DNA of 64,000 nt from Candidatus Woesebacteria bacterium (GCA_963749595.1 CAVVNJ010000008.1:191054-255053), one strand, 5' to 3'. Positions 10,406 through 20,426 are shown, counted from the stretch's first letter. The notes: a model not told the origin generated them from the sequence alone. Numbers and translations are program-made.

Positions 10406-11271
10406 ACACCTTCCGCCAGGCTTTAACCAGTATCCGCCGGTCGCCTTATCAGGCTGCCGCGGCCGTGCTGATTTTGTTTCTTACGTTTTTGATCGGATAC
10501 AGCCTGACGCTCTTCCTGGTCGGTTCGCATAAAGTTCTGCAGTATTTTGAGACTCGCCCTCAGGTGACCGCTTTCTTCAAGCAGGATACGCTGGCGGAAA
10601 CATTGAGTAATCATGTCGAATCCTTGCGGACAAAAAATTATACCAAGGAAATTAGGTTGATTACTCAAGAAGAAGCGTTGGAAATCTACCGTCGGCAATC
10701 AGGTAGTGACCCGGTATTGCTGGAGTTGGTGACGGCCGACATTCTCCCGCCTTCAATCGAGATTTCCACCCATCTGCTGGATCAGTTGGCGGTGGCGGCG
10801 GAAGATTTGAAATCTCTGGAGGGCATTGATGAGGTGGTCTACCAAAAAGATGTTGTCGATAGTCTTCGTTATTGGACCGACTTGCTCCGGCGGATTGGCT
10901 TCGGCATCATGGTGGTGTTCACGATCACTTCATTACTAGTGATTCTGGTCATTACCAGTTTGCGCATCACCACAAAAAAATACGAAATTCGGGTGCTGCG
11001 TTTGCTGGGGGCTTCAAAATGGTATATTCAGCGGCCTTTTCTTTTGGAAGGCATGATTTACGGGGCGATCGGCTCGCTTTTCGCTTGGTCGGCGGTCTAT
11101 ATTGCCCTGCTGTATGCTTCACCCAGCATTCAACAATTTTTCGGTGAAGTGAATTTGCTGCCGGTGCCGCCCCTGGTGATGTTGGGTCTGCTGGGGGTTG
11201 GAACCTTGGCTGGCTTGCTCTTGGGAATGCTGGCCAGCTTACTTAGTGCGCGCCGGTTGTACCGAGTCTAA
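10402..11271 (+). CDS. ftsX: cell division permease-like protein FtsX
   Basis: FtsX topology: an N-terminal TM segment, an extracytoplasmic domain and three C-terminal TM segments. Its position after ftsE supports the call. Confidence 0.8.
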   Translation: MNTFRQALTSIRRSPYQAAAAVLILFLTFLIGYSLTLFLVGSHKVLQYFETRPQVTAFFKQDTLAETLSNHVESLRTKNYTKEIRLITQEEALEIYRRQSGSDPVLLELVTADILPPSIEISTHLLDQLAVAAEDLKSLEGIDEVVYQKDVVDSLRYWTDLLRRIGFGIMVVFTITSLLVILVITSLRITTKKYEIRVLRLLGASKWYIQRPFLLEGMIYGAIGSLFAWSAVYIALLYASPSIQQFFGEVNLLPVPPLVMLGLLGVGTLAGLLLGMLASLLSARRLYRV

Positions 11272-11293
11272 AAATCTTTATACTGGGCATGAC

Positions 11294-12523
11294 ATGAGAG
11301 TGATCCGTACCTGGTTTTTGGTCATCTTCTCCCTGACTATAGTGGTCGGGTTAGCGGGTTTTGTTTCCGGATTACACCCAGTTTTGGCCAACCAAGGTGA
11401 GAGTCACGACTTTGAAGAAGCTTTTCCCAATGGCCTAGGTGGCACCACCGAAGATTTAGAAAAGAAAAAGCAGGAAATTGCTGAACTGGAAGCTAAAATT
11501 AAATCCTTGCAGGAGGAGAGAAACACCCTATCTTCCGCGATTCGATTTTTGGATAGCAAGATTCTACTCACCCAAAAGGAGATTGAAAAATCGGCGCTGG
11601 AAATCCAGTTGTTAGAAACTCAGATTGAGGATCTAACCCAGCGCATCAAGGGATTGGAAATCAATCTGCATGAACTTTCCCGGGAATTGATTCAACGCGT
11701 CCAAGATCAGTACAAACGAAGCTCGACCGACTCAGTCTCGTTTGTTTTTGCCGCGACGGGATTAACCAATTTCTTCAAGGAACAAAAATACCTGGTCCAG
11801 GTTCGGGCCCACACGCAGGAGTTGCTGCTTAATACCGAAGCCAAAAAACAACAGTATGACGAGGAAAAGAAAAATAAGGAACAAAAACAAGCCGAGGTTG
11901 AGGCCCTGAGAAACAAGCTGCAAGCTCAGCAGCAGGATCTGGAGCGTCAAAAGCGGGACAAAAATAAACTTCTGACTGAAACTCAAAATAATGAACAGGT
12001 CTACCAAAACCGATTAGCCCTCGCCCTGGCGGAGTTTAACGCTATTCAGTCGATCGTTGCTGGACGCGGGTCGGAAAGTCCTTCCGGACCCGTCAAAACC
12101 GGGGATACCATTGCTTCGGTAATTTCCGGTCGCTCGGTATGTTCGACTGGAACGCATCTGCACTTCGAGGTGGTTAAGAATGGTGCCCACGTCAATCCCG
12201 CTGGTTACTTAAAACCGGAATCGATAGTCTGGTATGACGATAGTTTTGGTTTTTCCGGTGACTGGGAATGGCCGCTGGAAAATCCGGCGGTGATTAGTCA
12301 GGGTTACGGTATGACCAGTTTTGCCCGACAGGGTTTTTATGGCGGTCGGCCGCATACTGGTATCGACATGCTCAGCAAGTCCTACGGGAATTTGAAAGTT
12401 CGGGCGGTCCGGGACGGCGAGCTTTTCCGCGGTTCGGTGAAGTGTGGTTCCGGAAATTTACGTTATGTCCGGGTAAAACATACGGACGAGCTCTCGAGTT
12501 ATTATTTGCATGTTAACTATTAA
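11294..12523 (+). CDS. M23 family metallopeptidase with long coiled-coil (EnvC/PcsB-like FtsEX partner)
   Basis: Signal/TM start MRVIRTWFLV, a long heptad-rich region, and the M23 motifs PHTGIDM and HLHFEV. I prefer ATG 11294 over the track start at 11198, which overlaps ftsX. Confidence 0.8.
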   Translation: MRVIRTWFLVIFSLTIVVGLAGFVSGLHPVLANQGESHDFEEAFPNGLGGTTEDLEKKKQEIAELEAKIKSLQEERNTLSSAIRFLDSKILLTQKEIEKSALEIQLLETQIEDLTQRIKGLEINLHELSRELIQRVQDQYKRSSTDSVSFVFAATGLTNFFKEQKYLVQVRAHTQELLLNTEAKKQQYDEEKKNKEQKQAEVEALRNKLQAQQQDLERQKRDKNKLLTETQNNEQVYQNRLALALAEFNAIQSIVAGRGSESPSGPVKTGDTIASVISGRSVCSTGTHLHFEVVKNGAHVNPAGYLKPESIVWYDDSFGFSGDWEWPLENPAVISQGYGMTSFARQGFYGGRPHTGIDMLSKSYGNLKVRAVRDGELFRGSVKCGSGNLRYVRVKHTDELSSYYLHVNY

Positions 12524-12563
12524 CCGTAAGCTTTTGGATAGAATCTTTTGCTAAGTTAAGCGG

Positions 12564-13376
12564 GTGCGCGGATATTTATTTTTGGCGTTACTGTTGGGTT
12601 TGGTTTTACCGGCACCAGTGATCGCCACGGTCAAGCTGCGGGCCATCTACCCTAATCCTCCAGGTAGCGACGACGGGGAGTGGGTGGCCGTGGAAAATGT
12701 CGGCGCCTCGGTTTCCGGTGAACTGTACTCTATTCGAGACGCCGTCGGAACGGTGAAAAATTTCTCGATCGAGTCGTTGGCGGTCAATGAATTACGGTTG
12801 ATTTATGCTTCCCAGTCCGGAATTACTTTAAATAACGCGGGAGAGTCGGTCGAGTTGTTGTCTCAGGGAATTCTACTGGAGAGTTCCCCATCCTATATGG
12901 CGAGCGAAGAGGGGAAAGTCTGGTTGCAGCTGGACAGTGGTTGGCGCGAAGTTTCGTTAGCCGATTTCTTTGAGCGGCTGATCCACCGAAATTGGTCGGT
13001 GGTGGAAGATCCTCAGGCTATCGATACTGACGAATTAGAACCAAGCTTGCCAACCCTGCTGCCGCAATCATTGCCTTTCGATCAAGGTCAGCGATTGCCC
13101 ACCGCTGCGCCGGCAGGAAGCCCGCCCTTAAAGCCGCCCGATCGCCGCCTACCTCAGTTGAAACGATTGCCAATTGCCTCAGCTGCCGCCAGCTGGGATT
13201 GGCCGACGGCGCCCGAACCGGATTACCAGGCGGAAATTGCAACCTATGCCCGCTGGAAAAGGGAGGCGCTGTTTGGCTCGTTATCCCTGATGTTTGCCGG
13301 TGGTTGTTGGCTAATCCTAATTTCTCCATCCCTAATGGCGGTCTGGCAGTGGTTTCGTGACGAGCTGATGCTGTAG
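12564..13376 (+). CDS. lamin-tail-domain (LTD)-like secreted protein with C-terminal TM anchor
   Basis: Signal peptide, then IYPNPPGSDDGEWVAVENVG...LNNAGESVELL, which is typical of LTD. The C-terminus is hydrophobic. Confidence 0.55.
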   Translation: MRGYLFLALLLGLVLPAPVIATVKLRAIYPNPPGSDDGEWVAVENVGASVSGELYSIRDAVGTVKNFSIESLAVNELRLIYASQSGITLNNAGESVELLSQGILLESSPSYMASEEGKVWLQLDSGWREVSLADFFERLIHRNWSVVEDPQAIDTDELEPSLPTLLPQSLPFDQGQRLPTAAPAGSPPLKPPDRRLPQLKRLPIASAAASWDWPTAPEPDYQAEIATYARWKREALFGSLSLMFAGGCWLILISPSLMAVWQWFRDELML

Positions 13377-13382
13377 GATTAA

Positions 13383-13799
13383 GTGATGTTCAGATGGCAG
13401 CGCTGGTTAGCCTACTTACCCGCTCTAAGTTGGTACGCTTTTATTTATTGGCTTTCCAGTCACCCCAAGTTGCCGGGTCCGGAAGATAAGTTATTAGAAT
13501 TCGTCTGGTTTAAAACCGCCCACGCTATTTTTTACGCGATTTTAGCGGTTTTAACTCTGTTTGGGACCCTCATGGTCTTCGGCCAACCGAAAAATAAGTC
13601 AGAAAAGATCCTATTCTTGGGTGTTTTTCTGGTGGTGGCGGCGCTGGCGGTTTTTGATGAGCTGCACCAAGCCTTTGTTCCGGGTCGGCATCCGATGGCC
13701 CGCGACGTGGTGATCGACTCGCTGGCGGCCGCAGCTGTACTCTTGGGATTCTCAAGGTATAATTGGGGTCGGAGGAAATTTCTCCTACCCGGGATGTAG
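13383..13799 (+). CDS. VanZ-like membrane protein
   Basis: Four TM segments and the DELHQAFVPGR motif characteristic of the VanZ family. The stop codon lies inside the first bases of the tRNA. Confidence 0.6.
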   Translation: MMFRWQRWLAYLPALSWYAFIYWLSSHPKLPGPEDKLLEFVWFKTAHAIFYAILAVLTLFGTLMVFGQPKNKSEKILFLGVFLVVAALAVFDELHQAFVPGRHPMARDVVIDSLAAAAVLLGFSRYNWGRRKFLLPGM

Positions 13800-13864
13800 C
13801 TCAGATGGCTTAGAGCGCACGCATGGGGTGCGTGAGGTCGCTGGTTCGAGTCCAGTCATCCCGA
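13790..13864 (+). tRNA. tRNA-Pro (anticodon GGG)
   Basis: Hand-folded cloverleaf: acceptor CGGGATG/CATCCCG, D arm GCTC..GAGC, anticodon stem CACGC/GCGTG with loop ATGGGGT, T arm GCTGG-TTCGAGT-CCAGT. No CCA is encoded. Confidence 0.85.
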
Positions 13865-13909
13865 CTCGATGAGGTTTGCATCTACGCTTGTGGTTGCTAC
13901 AATGACCTA

Positions 13910-14674
13910 ATGAAGAGAATCAGCTACGAAACCCCAAAAACCTCCGAAATAACCGAGCATAAAGTACTAGGCACCATTGATGCCAGTCAAATCCCAGCTA
14001 GTTATGGCCTGGTGACCGTTGATGCTCTTCATCACGAGTGGGTGGCAACCGACGATACGGCTGACGTGCGTCTTTGGCTGGATCCCAAAACCAAGGATCG
14101 GTCCAGTATTTCTACCAAGACTGTCAATCTGGATCAAAATACAGCGTTGTCTGCCGCTCATCTATCCGAAGCCGATGCCGCGAGTTTCGCCAATTCACTG
14201 CCCAAGCAATTTCAGGTCGCCAAATCAGCGGAAAAAACTCATTTCGAGTACGCGGTTGGTAGTGGTGCTTCTGCTCGTCACCCGATAGAAATCGTTCCCC
14301 AGTCTAATTCCACCGGGGCGGATATCGCGACGCTGCATCTAGCTTTTGCCAGGACGGTTTTTGCGACTAAGCGCCCGCTTTTTGCGGAAATGAACATGGC
14401 GTATGCTTACGAGCCTGAGGGAAATAAGGTTAAAATTACGGTTTCAGTGACTTATTCTCCGCCGCGCTCTTTCGACGAGATTGATCGGGATCGTAAAGCT
14501 AAGCGGGATGTTTCTCCTAAGGAAATTCGTTATCATGACTATCTAATTGATAATCCAGATATTTTTCTGGATCCGGAGGAATGGTCCCGACAGCAGTCAG
14601 GGCTTCCAAATCTTCGCTTGGCCGAGGAAATATTTCAGGACGTTCAAGCTAGAATCCAACAGAAAAAGTTTTGA
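13910..14674 (+). CDS. hypothetical protein
   Basis: ORF with the internal ATG 13910 chosen, because the track start at 13823 lies inside the tRNA. No recognisable motif. Confidence 0.4.
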   Translation: MKRISYETPKTSEITEHKVLGTIDASQIPASYGLVTVDALHHEWVATDDTADVRLWLDPKTKDRSSISTKTVNLDQNTALSAAHLSEADAASFANSLPKQFQVAKSAEKTHFEYAVGSGASARHPIEIVPQSNSTGADIATLHLAFARTVFATKRPLFAEMNMAYAYEPEGNKVKITVSVTYSPPRSFDEIDRDRKAKRDVSPKEIRYHDYLIDNPDIFLDPEEWSRQQSGLPNLRLAEEIFQDVQARIQQKKF

Positions 14675-14712
14675 GTTCGGGGCTAGCCAATTGCCCTCAC
14701 GGCCATTAATGG

Positions 14713-15009
14713 TTAATTAATAACTAGGTCTTTTTTGGTACAGAAATCTTTAATTTTTTGAAGTTCGGCGGAATCAAAACATTCTGACCAAGTGCAAACT
14801 GTTGCATCCAGTTGCTCATTCTCATAGGTAGATTTATTAGTAAAAGCTCTTTTTGTTCCACTTGAAAAAAAATCCTCACTATTTTCATCAGCGTATTTCT
14901 GAAGCATGGTGCAGATAGCTCCATCTAATGGCGCCCTTCGGTCTGCAACCAAGATTCCCTGACCATCGACATGAAGACCGGAAAGTAAATAACAAAGATC
15001 CGCGTTCAT
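14713..15009 (-). CDS. hypothetical small protein (AT-rich)
   Basis: 98-aa ORF 24 nt downstream of the 486-aa gene on the same strand. No motif recognised. Confidence 0.35.
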   Translation of the reverse strand: MNADLCYLLSGLHVDGQGILVADRRAPLDGAICTMLQKYADENSEDFFSSGTKRAFTNKSTYENEQLDATVCTWSECFDSAELQKIKDFCTKKDLVIN

Positions 15010-15032
15010 AATCTGGTTGATTATACTATTAA

Positions 15033-16493
15033 CTAACCAATTGCCGTCACAAAACCCCGATTGATAGCAATTGTACCAGAACCAAAAACCCTAGTTATCT
15101 CTTTGCCATTCTCAAAAGCTACCGGTATTCCAAACTCGCATTGTTCGCTCGCATCAAAGCTCCAGTATTTCGCATTCTTAGATTTAAAAATTGGCTCACA
15201 AACTGCTCGGAAAAAATTCCAGGCAAGTTGAGAATCGGATTGGGAAATTATCGGATCTTTTCCGGCCAGTAAATCTTGATCAAGTTTCTCCATCGCCCTG
15301 GTTAAAGTTAAAAAGACACTATCCGATTCCGGCGCTTGCCGGCGTTGCCGTTGGAGGTTATAAAGTGACTTAGCATCTTTTTTCATTGCGTCATTCTGAT
15401 TTGCCCCTGGTTGATTGAACCGAATTTCAACATTACCGAACAGGCCGGCAATATCGATCGCTGTGAAAGCGATAATTCTTTGGCGCTCATCATCGTTTTT
15501 TGCATCCCGGTAAAGAGCGAACAACTGGTAGAGTACGCCCTGATCTTTTCCCTCGCCTCGCCCTAGTAAGAAGTTGTACAAATCTTTCGCCAACTCGTTA
15601 GGACTGCGCAAAATTTCCCGAGCCATCTGCACGTGACCACCACCAGCAAAAGCCGAGACCTCAGGGGCAAAGTCGGCCAGGGGAACTGACGATAGAGAAT
15701 TCATATTGGCAGTCATGATCAAATTGCGCAACTCGACGTAACGGTCGAAGGGCAATATTCGGAGAAATTTTTGCGTTAAAGAATCAAAGGCATCCAGGTT
15801 GGGTCCTTCTGCTTGGGCACCAATCTTTTTGGTTGCTTGGGTGCCAACGATCCCGGCTCCAGCAACGAGGCCTAATTTAAGAAACAGTCTTCGGGCCAAA
15901 TTTAAGCTATATGGGATTCTTGGACGATTGAATTCCGGCACTGCAGCTGCCGCTCCAGCTAAAGCGGTCAGCAAAACAGCCAGATCGCCGGTACCTAACC
16001 GGTACCATTCACGAAGTGCGCTCGCCTCAGCATTGGCTTTTAGATATTCAACAGAATAATCCAGATGGGCGTCGGTAGCGATGGCCATGACCGAGGTGCG
16101 GACCGAGTCATAATTCTGCTGCTCTCGTTTTCGCGATGCTGTCTCAGAACCCCCGATCCAGGTAGATTCCTCCGGTTTGACATCAACTATTGCTTGGCTC
16201 AAATGCAAATCATAGGGCCGGACCTCCCCGGTCAAAACTCGATTAGTCTGGTCTGGGGAGGCAATATGGTCGTCAAATTCAAGTTTTCCCTGTGCAAAGC
16301 CTAGTCGGTCTAATAATATTTTCTCGGCTTTTTTTATCTCGTCCTTAAATATTTCTTTCCCCTCCTGTATAGCCAACAGGGTATCGACCGCGTGGGTAGT
16401 TCCCCCAGCCACAACCGCGCCATAACCTGCCGCACCGAGGACGCCAATGGATTTTTTTAGAAAGTTGCGACGAGTATCTTTGCCCATGATCAT
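15033..16493 (-). CDS. hypothetical membrane/secreted protein with Tat-like N-terminal motif
   Basis: The N-terminus DTRRNFLKKSIGVLGAAGYGAVVAGG fits the twin-arginine consensus (S/T-R-R-x-F-L-K). A second ARRLFLKLGLVAGAGIVG segment occurs at aa 200-218. Confidence 0.5.
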   Translation of the reverse strand: MIMGKDTRRNFLKKSIGVLGAAGYGAVVAGGTTHAVDTLLAIQEGKEIFKDEIKKAEKILLDRLGFAQGKLEFDDHIASPDQTNRVLTGEVRPYDLHLSQAIVDVKPEESTWIGGSETASRKREQQNYDSVRTSVMAIATDAHLDYSVEYLKANAEASALREWYRLGTGDLAVLLTALAGAAAAVPEFNRPRIPYSLNLARRLFLKLGLVAGAGIVGTQATKKIGAQAEGPNLDAFDSLTQKFLRILPFDRYVELRNLIMTANMNSLSSVPLADFAPEVSAFAGGGHVQMAREILRSPNELAKDLYNFLLGRGEGKDQGVLYQLFALYRDAKNDDERQRIIAFTAIDIAGLFGNVEIRFNQPGANQNDAMKKDAKSLYNLQRQRRQAPESDSVFLTLTRAMEKLDQDLLAGKDPIISQSDSQLAWNFFRAVCEPIFKSKNAKYWSFDASEQCEFGIPVAFENGKEITRVFGSGTIAINRGFVTAIG

Positions 16494-16567
16494 AGATTAG
16501 CAGATCCTCAGATTAACCAAAATGACATATTGGGATCCAAGTAAAAGGGAGCCGCTAAAACTTTTCT

Positions 16568-16846
16568 ATGCTACACTTCCTCCAAATAGGGAGGATGTCT
16601 ATGTCAGAGTACATTCGCGTTGCTATTGATTCTACCCAGGATCCTATTTGGAAGGCCGTGCGGGCCATTTTCGATCTATTTATTGCTGAGCGACTTTCAA
16701 TGATTAATGAACTCATGCCAATTCGAGATGTTGTTCCGGTCGAAGGAACGACCAACGAGTTTGATTTAGAAATATTAGATGGCTCTCAGGAAGACGTTGC
16801 TTCCAGATTGCAAATGCTTCCGCAAGTCAAAGTAATTACTCGATAA
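16568..16846 (+). CDS. hypothetical small protein
   Basis: ORF only. The likely start is further in, at MSMSEYIR (about 16595). Confidence 0.3.
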   Translation: MLHFLQIGRMSMSEYIRVAIDSTQDPIWKAVRAIFDLFIAERLSMINELMPIRDVVPVEGTTNEFDLEILDGSQEDVASRLQMLPQVKVITR

Positions 16847-16875
16847 GAAATAATTAAAGCATAAGGAAGGAATTC

Positions 16876-17175
16876 ATGGTCGAAAAAACTCACGCTGATG
16901 TGGTGCGCGAATATCAACAGCAAATGGAGAGACGGGGAATTTTGATGGCCCGCCTTTGGGATCGGGTGGCGGAAGTGGTGAGAAACTCTCCTGACCAAAA
17001 AATCGAATGGAGGGAATTGATCTCACTCGTGCGGAAAGAATTGGACGCCGTAGTTTTGCACAACTTTAATGAAAATTCATTACTCGCCTGTTTAGTGTTC
17101 GGTGACAACCCGCGCGATTTACGAACCCGTGATGAAGCGGGTGGCAAGCTCGTGGTTTACCGCCGTACGCGTTAG
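16876..17175 (+). CDS. hypothetical small protein
   Basis: ORF with an AGGAAGG Shine-Dalgarno-like sequence upstream. No motif recognised. Confidence 0.35.
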   Translation: MVEKTHADVVREYQQQMERRGILMARLWDRVAEVVRNSPDQKIEWRELISLVRKELDAVVLHNFNENSLLACLVFGDNPRDLRTRDEAGGKLVVYRRTR

Positions 17176-17203
17176 TTGACTTTTGTGCTGACGGACCCGA
17201 TCA

Positions 17204-18046
17204 TTGAAGGATATGAAACAAAAAATCCTTTTTTCCGTGGCCGCAATTTCGATCGTTGCTTTGTCTGGCTGTAAACCGACCTTGCCCGGTAAGGCGGGGG
17301 AGGCGGTTTCTCAGGCCGCAGCGGATGCCGCCATTGCGGAAATGCTGAAGGACATTGAGGACCCACTAGTACGCCAACACCTGACCAAGCAGTTCCAAGT
17401 AAAAGCCTACCGCACCGTCACCGACGCTTCCGGTCGCGGCCAAGTGACGACGACCGAGATGGTGATCGAAGGGGAATCGGCCAAGTTTCGGACTGCGGTT
17501 TCTGAGAATAACAAACCAGTGAGCGACTTAATCGTGATTGGCGATGCGACCTATGTAAAAGATATGAAGGATGGCTCCTGGTGGAAGCAAGTTAGCAAGC
17601 CGGAAGAGCCTAAAGACTTGCCGGCTGGAATTCAGGCCCCTTCAACCGAAGAATTCCAAGAAAAGTTTGCGGAATCAAAGACCAAGACATCGTACAAATC
17701 GCTGGGAACCGAGGCCTGCGGCGCTCTAACTTGTTATAAATATGAGGAAATAACCGAGGGCCAAGAGGGCAAGCGAACTTTCTGGTTTGATAATAAAGAT
17801 CTATTATTGCGGCGCGATGAGTTCGCTTTCGGTGAGTTCACCACCCGTAACGAATATCAGTATGACGGGGTCAAGGTGAACGAACCCAGTCCGACTAAGC
17901 CTGTGCCGGAAGGACGAAGCGTCTATGAATATCTTGGTTTCGGCGGCGGTGCCACTCTGCCTGCTGACATTGATCCTGGTTCCTACCAGTTGCCGGAAGG
18001 TTTTGACCCCAGCACCTTTGCGATTCCGAGTGAGTCGGAAGAATAG
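17204..18046 (+). CDS. putative lipoprotein
   Basis: Signal peptide ending in the lipobox LSGC (SIVALSGCKP). Confidence 0.6.
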   Translation: MKDMKQKILFSVAAISIVALSGCKPTLPGKAGEAVSQAAADAAIAEMLKDIEDPLVRQHLTKQFQVKAYRTVTDASGRGQVTTTEMVIEGESAKFRTAVSENNKPVSDLIVIGDATYVKDMKDGSWWKQVSKPEEPKDLPAGIQAPSTEEFQEKFAESKTKTSYKSLGTEACGALTCYKYEEITEGQEGKRTFWFDNKDLLLRRDEFAFGEFTTRNEYQYDGVKVNEPSPTKPVPEGRSVYEYLGFGGGATLPADIDPGSYQLPEGFDPSTFAIPSESEE

Positions 18047-18052
18047 AGCGCG

Positions 18053-19321
18053 CTAAACCCGGCCGCGGAGGAGCACCGCGGTCACAACTCGTTTGACGGC
18101 CAAGACATAGGCGGCCTGACGGTAGGCGAGTGATCGCTTCGTAACCATATCCTGGATAGCAGAGAAAGCTTCAAGTTGGTGAGCCCGCAATTCCTCGTTG
18201 ACCCGTTCTTTGGTCCAGCGGTAGCCGTGTAGATTTTGTACCCACTCGAAATAGCTGACGGTCACGCCACCGGCGTTGCAAAGAACGTCGGGCAGAACAT
18301 CAATTTTACGCGCGAGTAGGGCTTTTTCCGCCTCCGGCGTGACCGGGCCGTTGGCCATTTCCAACACGGTTTTCGCCTGAACCAAGTTGACATTATCCAC
18401 GTCGATGGCATTTTCCAGTGCTGCCGGAACCAAGATGTCAACGGGCAGAGAGAGCAATTCTTGGTTGCTGCGGTACTGCCAATCGGACTTGGCGGCGGCT
18501 TTTTCCAATGACCCAAGTTGCTGTTTAGCCTTGGCCACCTCAGTCGGGTTAAGACCAGTGGGAAGATAAACCGCCCCGCGGGAGTCGGAGACGGCAACCA
18601 CTTGATAGCCGGAATCGAAAGCGATTTGGGCAAACCAGAAACCAACGTTACCAAAACCCTGAATGGCGACGGTAGTTTTTTTGGGGTCTAGTTTCTTGGC
18701 CTTAGCGTAGGCGTTCAAGATATAAACCCCACCCTGACCAGTGGCTTCGTTGCGACCCAGCGAGCCACCTAATTCGAGCGGCTTGCCCGTGAAAGTGGCC
18801 GGTGCTTGCTGGTTTATTTTTTGCTCGTACGTATCTAACATCCAGGCCATAATTTGACCGTCGGTATTAACGTCCGGTGCCGGAACGTCTTTCCAAGGAC
18901 CGATGTGCGGTGTGATCCAGGCGGCATAGGCTTGAGAAAGGCGTTGTTTTTCAGCGAGGGATAATTTTTTTGGATCCACCACGATCCCACCCTTGGCCCC
19001 TCCAAAGGGAATATCCGCGACCGCGCATTTCCAAGTCATCCAGGTGGAAAGCGCTTTTACTTCGTCTTCAGTGACGCCGGAATGAAAACGGATTCCCCCT
19101 TTGTAGGGTCCCCGGGCATCATTATGCTGACTGCGAAAAGCGAGAAACTTAGTTTCTTGCCCGTTATCCAGAGTAATGTTAAGTTTGGTTTTTAAAACTC
19201 GATCGGGTTGTTTTAAAAGCGCCACAGCCTTACGGAATCGTTGCTGGTCCTCGAATTCACCCTCGAGGAGAGGAACGATAGCGTCAAGCTGCTGCTGAGC
19301 AATGACGAATGGAGAAATCAT
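18053..19321 (-). CDS. gdhA: NAD(P)-specific glutamate dehydrogenase
   Basis: KGGIRFH, PFGGAKGG and GFGNVG (Rossmann fold). I chose the internal ATG 19321 (MISPFVIAQQ). The 92-aa N-terminal extension in the track overlaps the divergent gene. Confidence 0.9.
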   Translation of the reverse strand: MISPFVIAQQQLDAIVPLLEGEFEDQQRFRKAVALLKQPDRVLKTKLNITLDNGQETKFLAFRSQHNDARGPYKGGIRFHSGVTEDEVKALSTWMTWKCAVADIPFGGAKGGIVVDPKKLSLAEKQRLSQAYAAWITPHIGPWKDVPAPDVNTDGQIMAWMLDTYEQKINQQAPATFTGKPLELGGSLGRNEATGQGGVYILNAYAKAKKLDPKKTTVAIQGFGNVGFWFAQIAFDSGYQVVAVSDSRGAVYLPTGLNPTEVAKAKQQLGSLEKAAAKSDWQYRSNQELLSLPVDILVPAALENAIDVDNVNLVQAKTVLEMANGPVTPEAEKALLARKIDVLPDVLCNAGGVTVSYFEWVQNLHGYRWTKERVNEELRAHQLEAFSAIQDMVTKRSLAYRQAAYVLAVKRVVTAVLLRGRV

Positions 19322-19394
19322 ACAGACCGGTTTCCTTTCCGATAGATTTTTGCGGAAGATCATCATAGCATGGAGGTATGGTTTGGAAAGCGGA

Positions 19395-20426
19395 ATGAAA
19401 ACCAAGGGACCGATTTTAATTGATGCCAGTTGGTGGGCGGGCGGGAACCGGCGGCGGGGCATCGGCAAATATCTGGAATATTTTTTTGAGTATGTTTTTG
19501 AGGCTGGATCGCCGGAGCGAGTCTGGCTTTTCCCCGCCGCGGTTCCCGCCCGCGAAATTGCCGATTTTCTTGCCCGATTCGGTGGACAAAGCGTCACAAT
19601 CGATACTCAGGCCGATCACGATGACCAAGTTGTTGAGTTGACCAAGTTATTGAAAGAGAAAGCCATCGGCCGTGCCCTGATCAGCTCGCCGTTTGAACGA
19701 CCCTGGTCATTGTTGGCCTTAATGTCTGTACTCAAAAAGTCGGTTGCTGTCCGAGCGATCGTTTTCGATTTGTTGCCGCTGCAATATGAACGGGAAATAC
19801 TTGCCACTTGGCCGGCGACCGATCGCCGTCATTATGCTGCCAGTATCGAGGTTATAAAACAGGTGGACCATTTCTGGGCCATTTCGCCGCAGACCGCCGG
19901 CCAACTGGAGACACTACTCCGGGTTCCGGCGGATAAAATTGGTGTCCTGAAGTTTGGTTTGACCACGGCTTGGTTGCGTCCCCCCGCTAGGGGTGAGTCA
20001 ATCACCCAACCCAATCCCGATCGGCGGCTAGCCATTACCATTTCCGGAGGGGAATGGCGTAAAAATTTGGCCGGGACGATCGCCTATTTTGCCCAGCAAC
20101 TGGCCAAAACCCATGATCTGTCAATTATCTGCCAACTCAGTCTTCGGGAGCATTGGCGCTTCCGCACCGTGGCTCTCCAGCTTGACGTCTATCCCGCGAT
20201 TCGATTTTTAGGGGAAGTGAGTGAGCGGGACAAGTGGCGCCTACTGTACAATGCCGACGCTTTTCTTTTTCTTTCTTTGGCTGAAGGTTTGGGGATACCG
20301 CTGCTTGAGGCGCGGGCCGCCGGTATTCAACGCATCATTATCAGTCCGGAATTAAAAGCGGCGGGTTTTGACAAACTAGTGCCCGGTTGCGAGATTGCCA
20401 AATATCAAGTGACTACCCGCGCATAA
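19395..20426 (+). CDS. glycosyltransferase family 1 (GT4-like)
   Basis: Start MKTKGPILIDASW..GIGKY. The C-terminal segment LSLAEGLGIPLLEA contains the E-x7-E type motif. Confidence 0.7.
   Translation: MKTKGPILIDASWWAGGNRRRGIGKYLEYFFEYVFEAGSPERVWLFPAAVPAREIADFLARFGGQSVTIDTQADHDDQVVELTKLLKEKAIGRALISSPFERPWSLLALMSVLKKSVAVRAIVFDLLPLQYEREILATWPATDRRHYAASIEVIKQVDHFWAISPQTAGQLETLLRVPADKIGVLKFGLTTAWLRPPARGESITQPNPDRRLAITISGGEWRKNLAGTIAYFAQQLAKTHDLSIICQLSLREHWRFRTVALQLDVYPAIRFLGEVSERDKWRLLYNADAFLFLSLAEGLGIPLLEARAAGIQRIIISPELKAAGFDKLVPGCEIAKYQVTTRA

Noticed and set aside
18053-19597. A 92-aa N-terminal extension of gdh, and extensions of neighbouring ORFs (19302, 11198, 13823, 25840, 26894, 29546, 33709, 34813, 44814, 54030).
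   Set aside because: The extensions overlap adjacent genes, a tRNA or the repeat arm and have basic low-complexity sequence. Internal ATGs give canonical N-termini and typical 4-nt overlaps.
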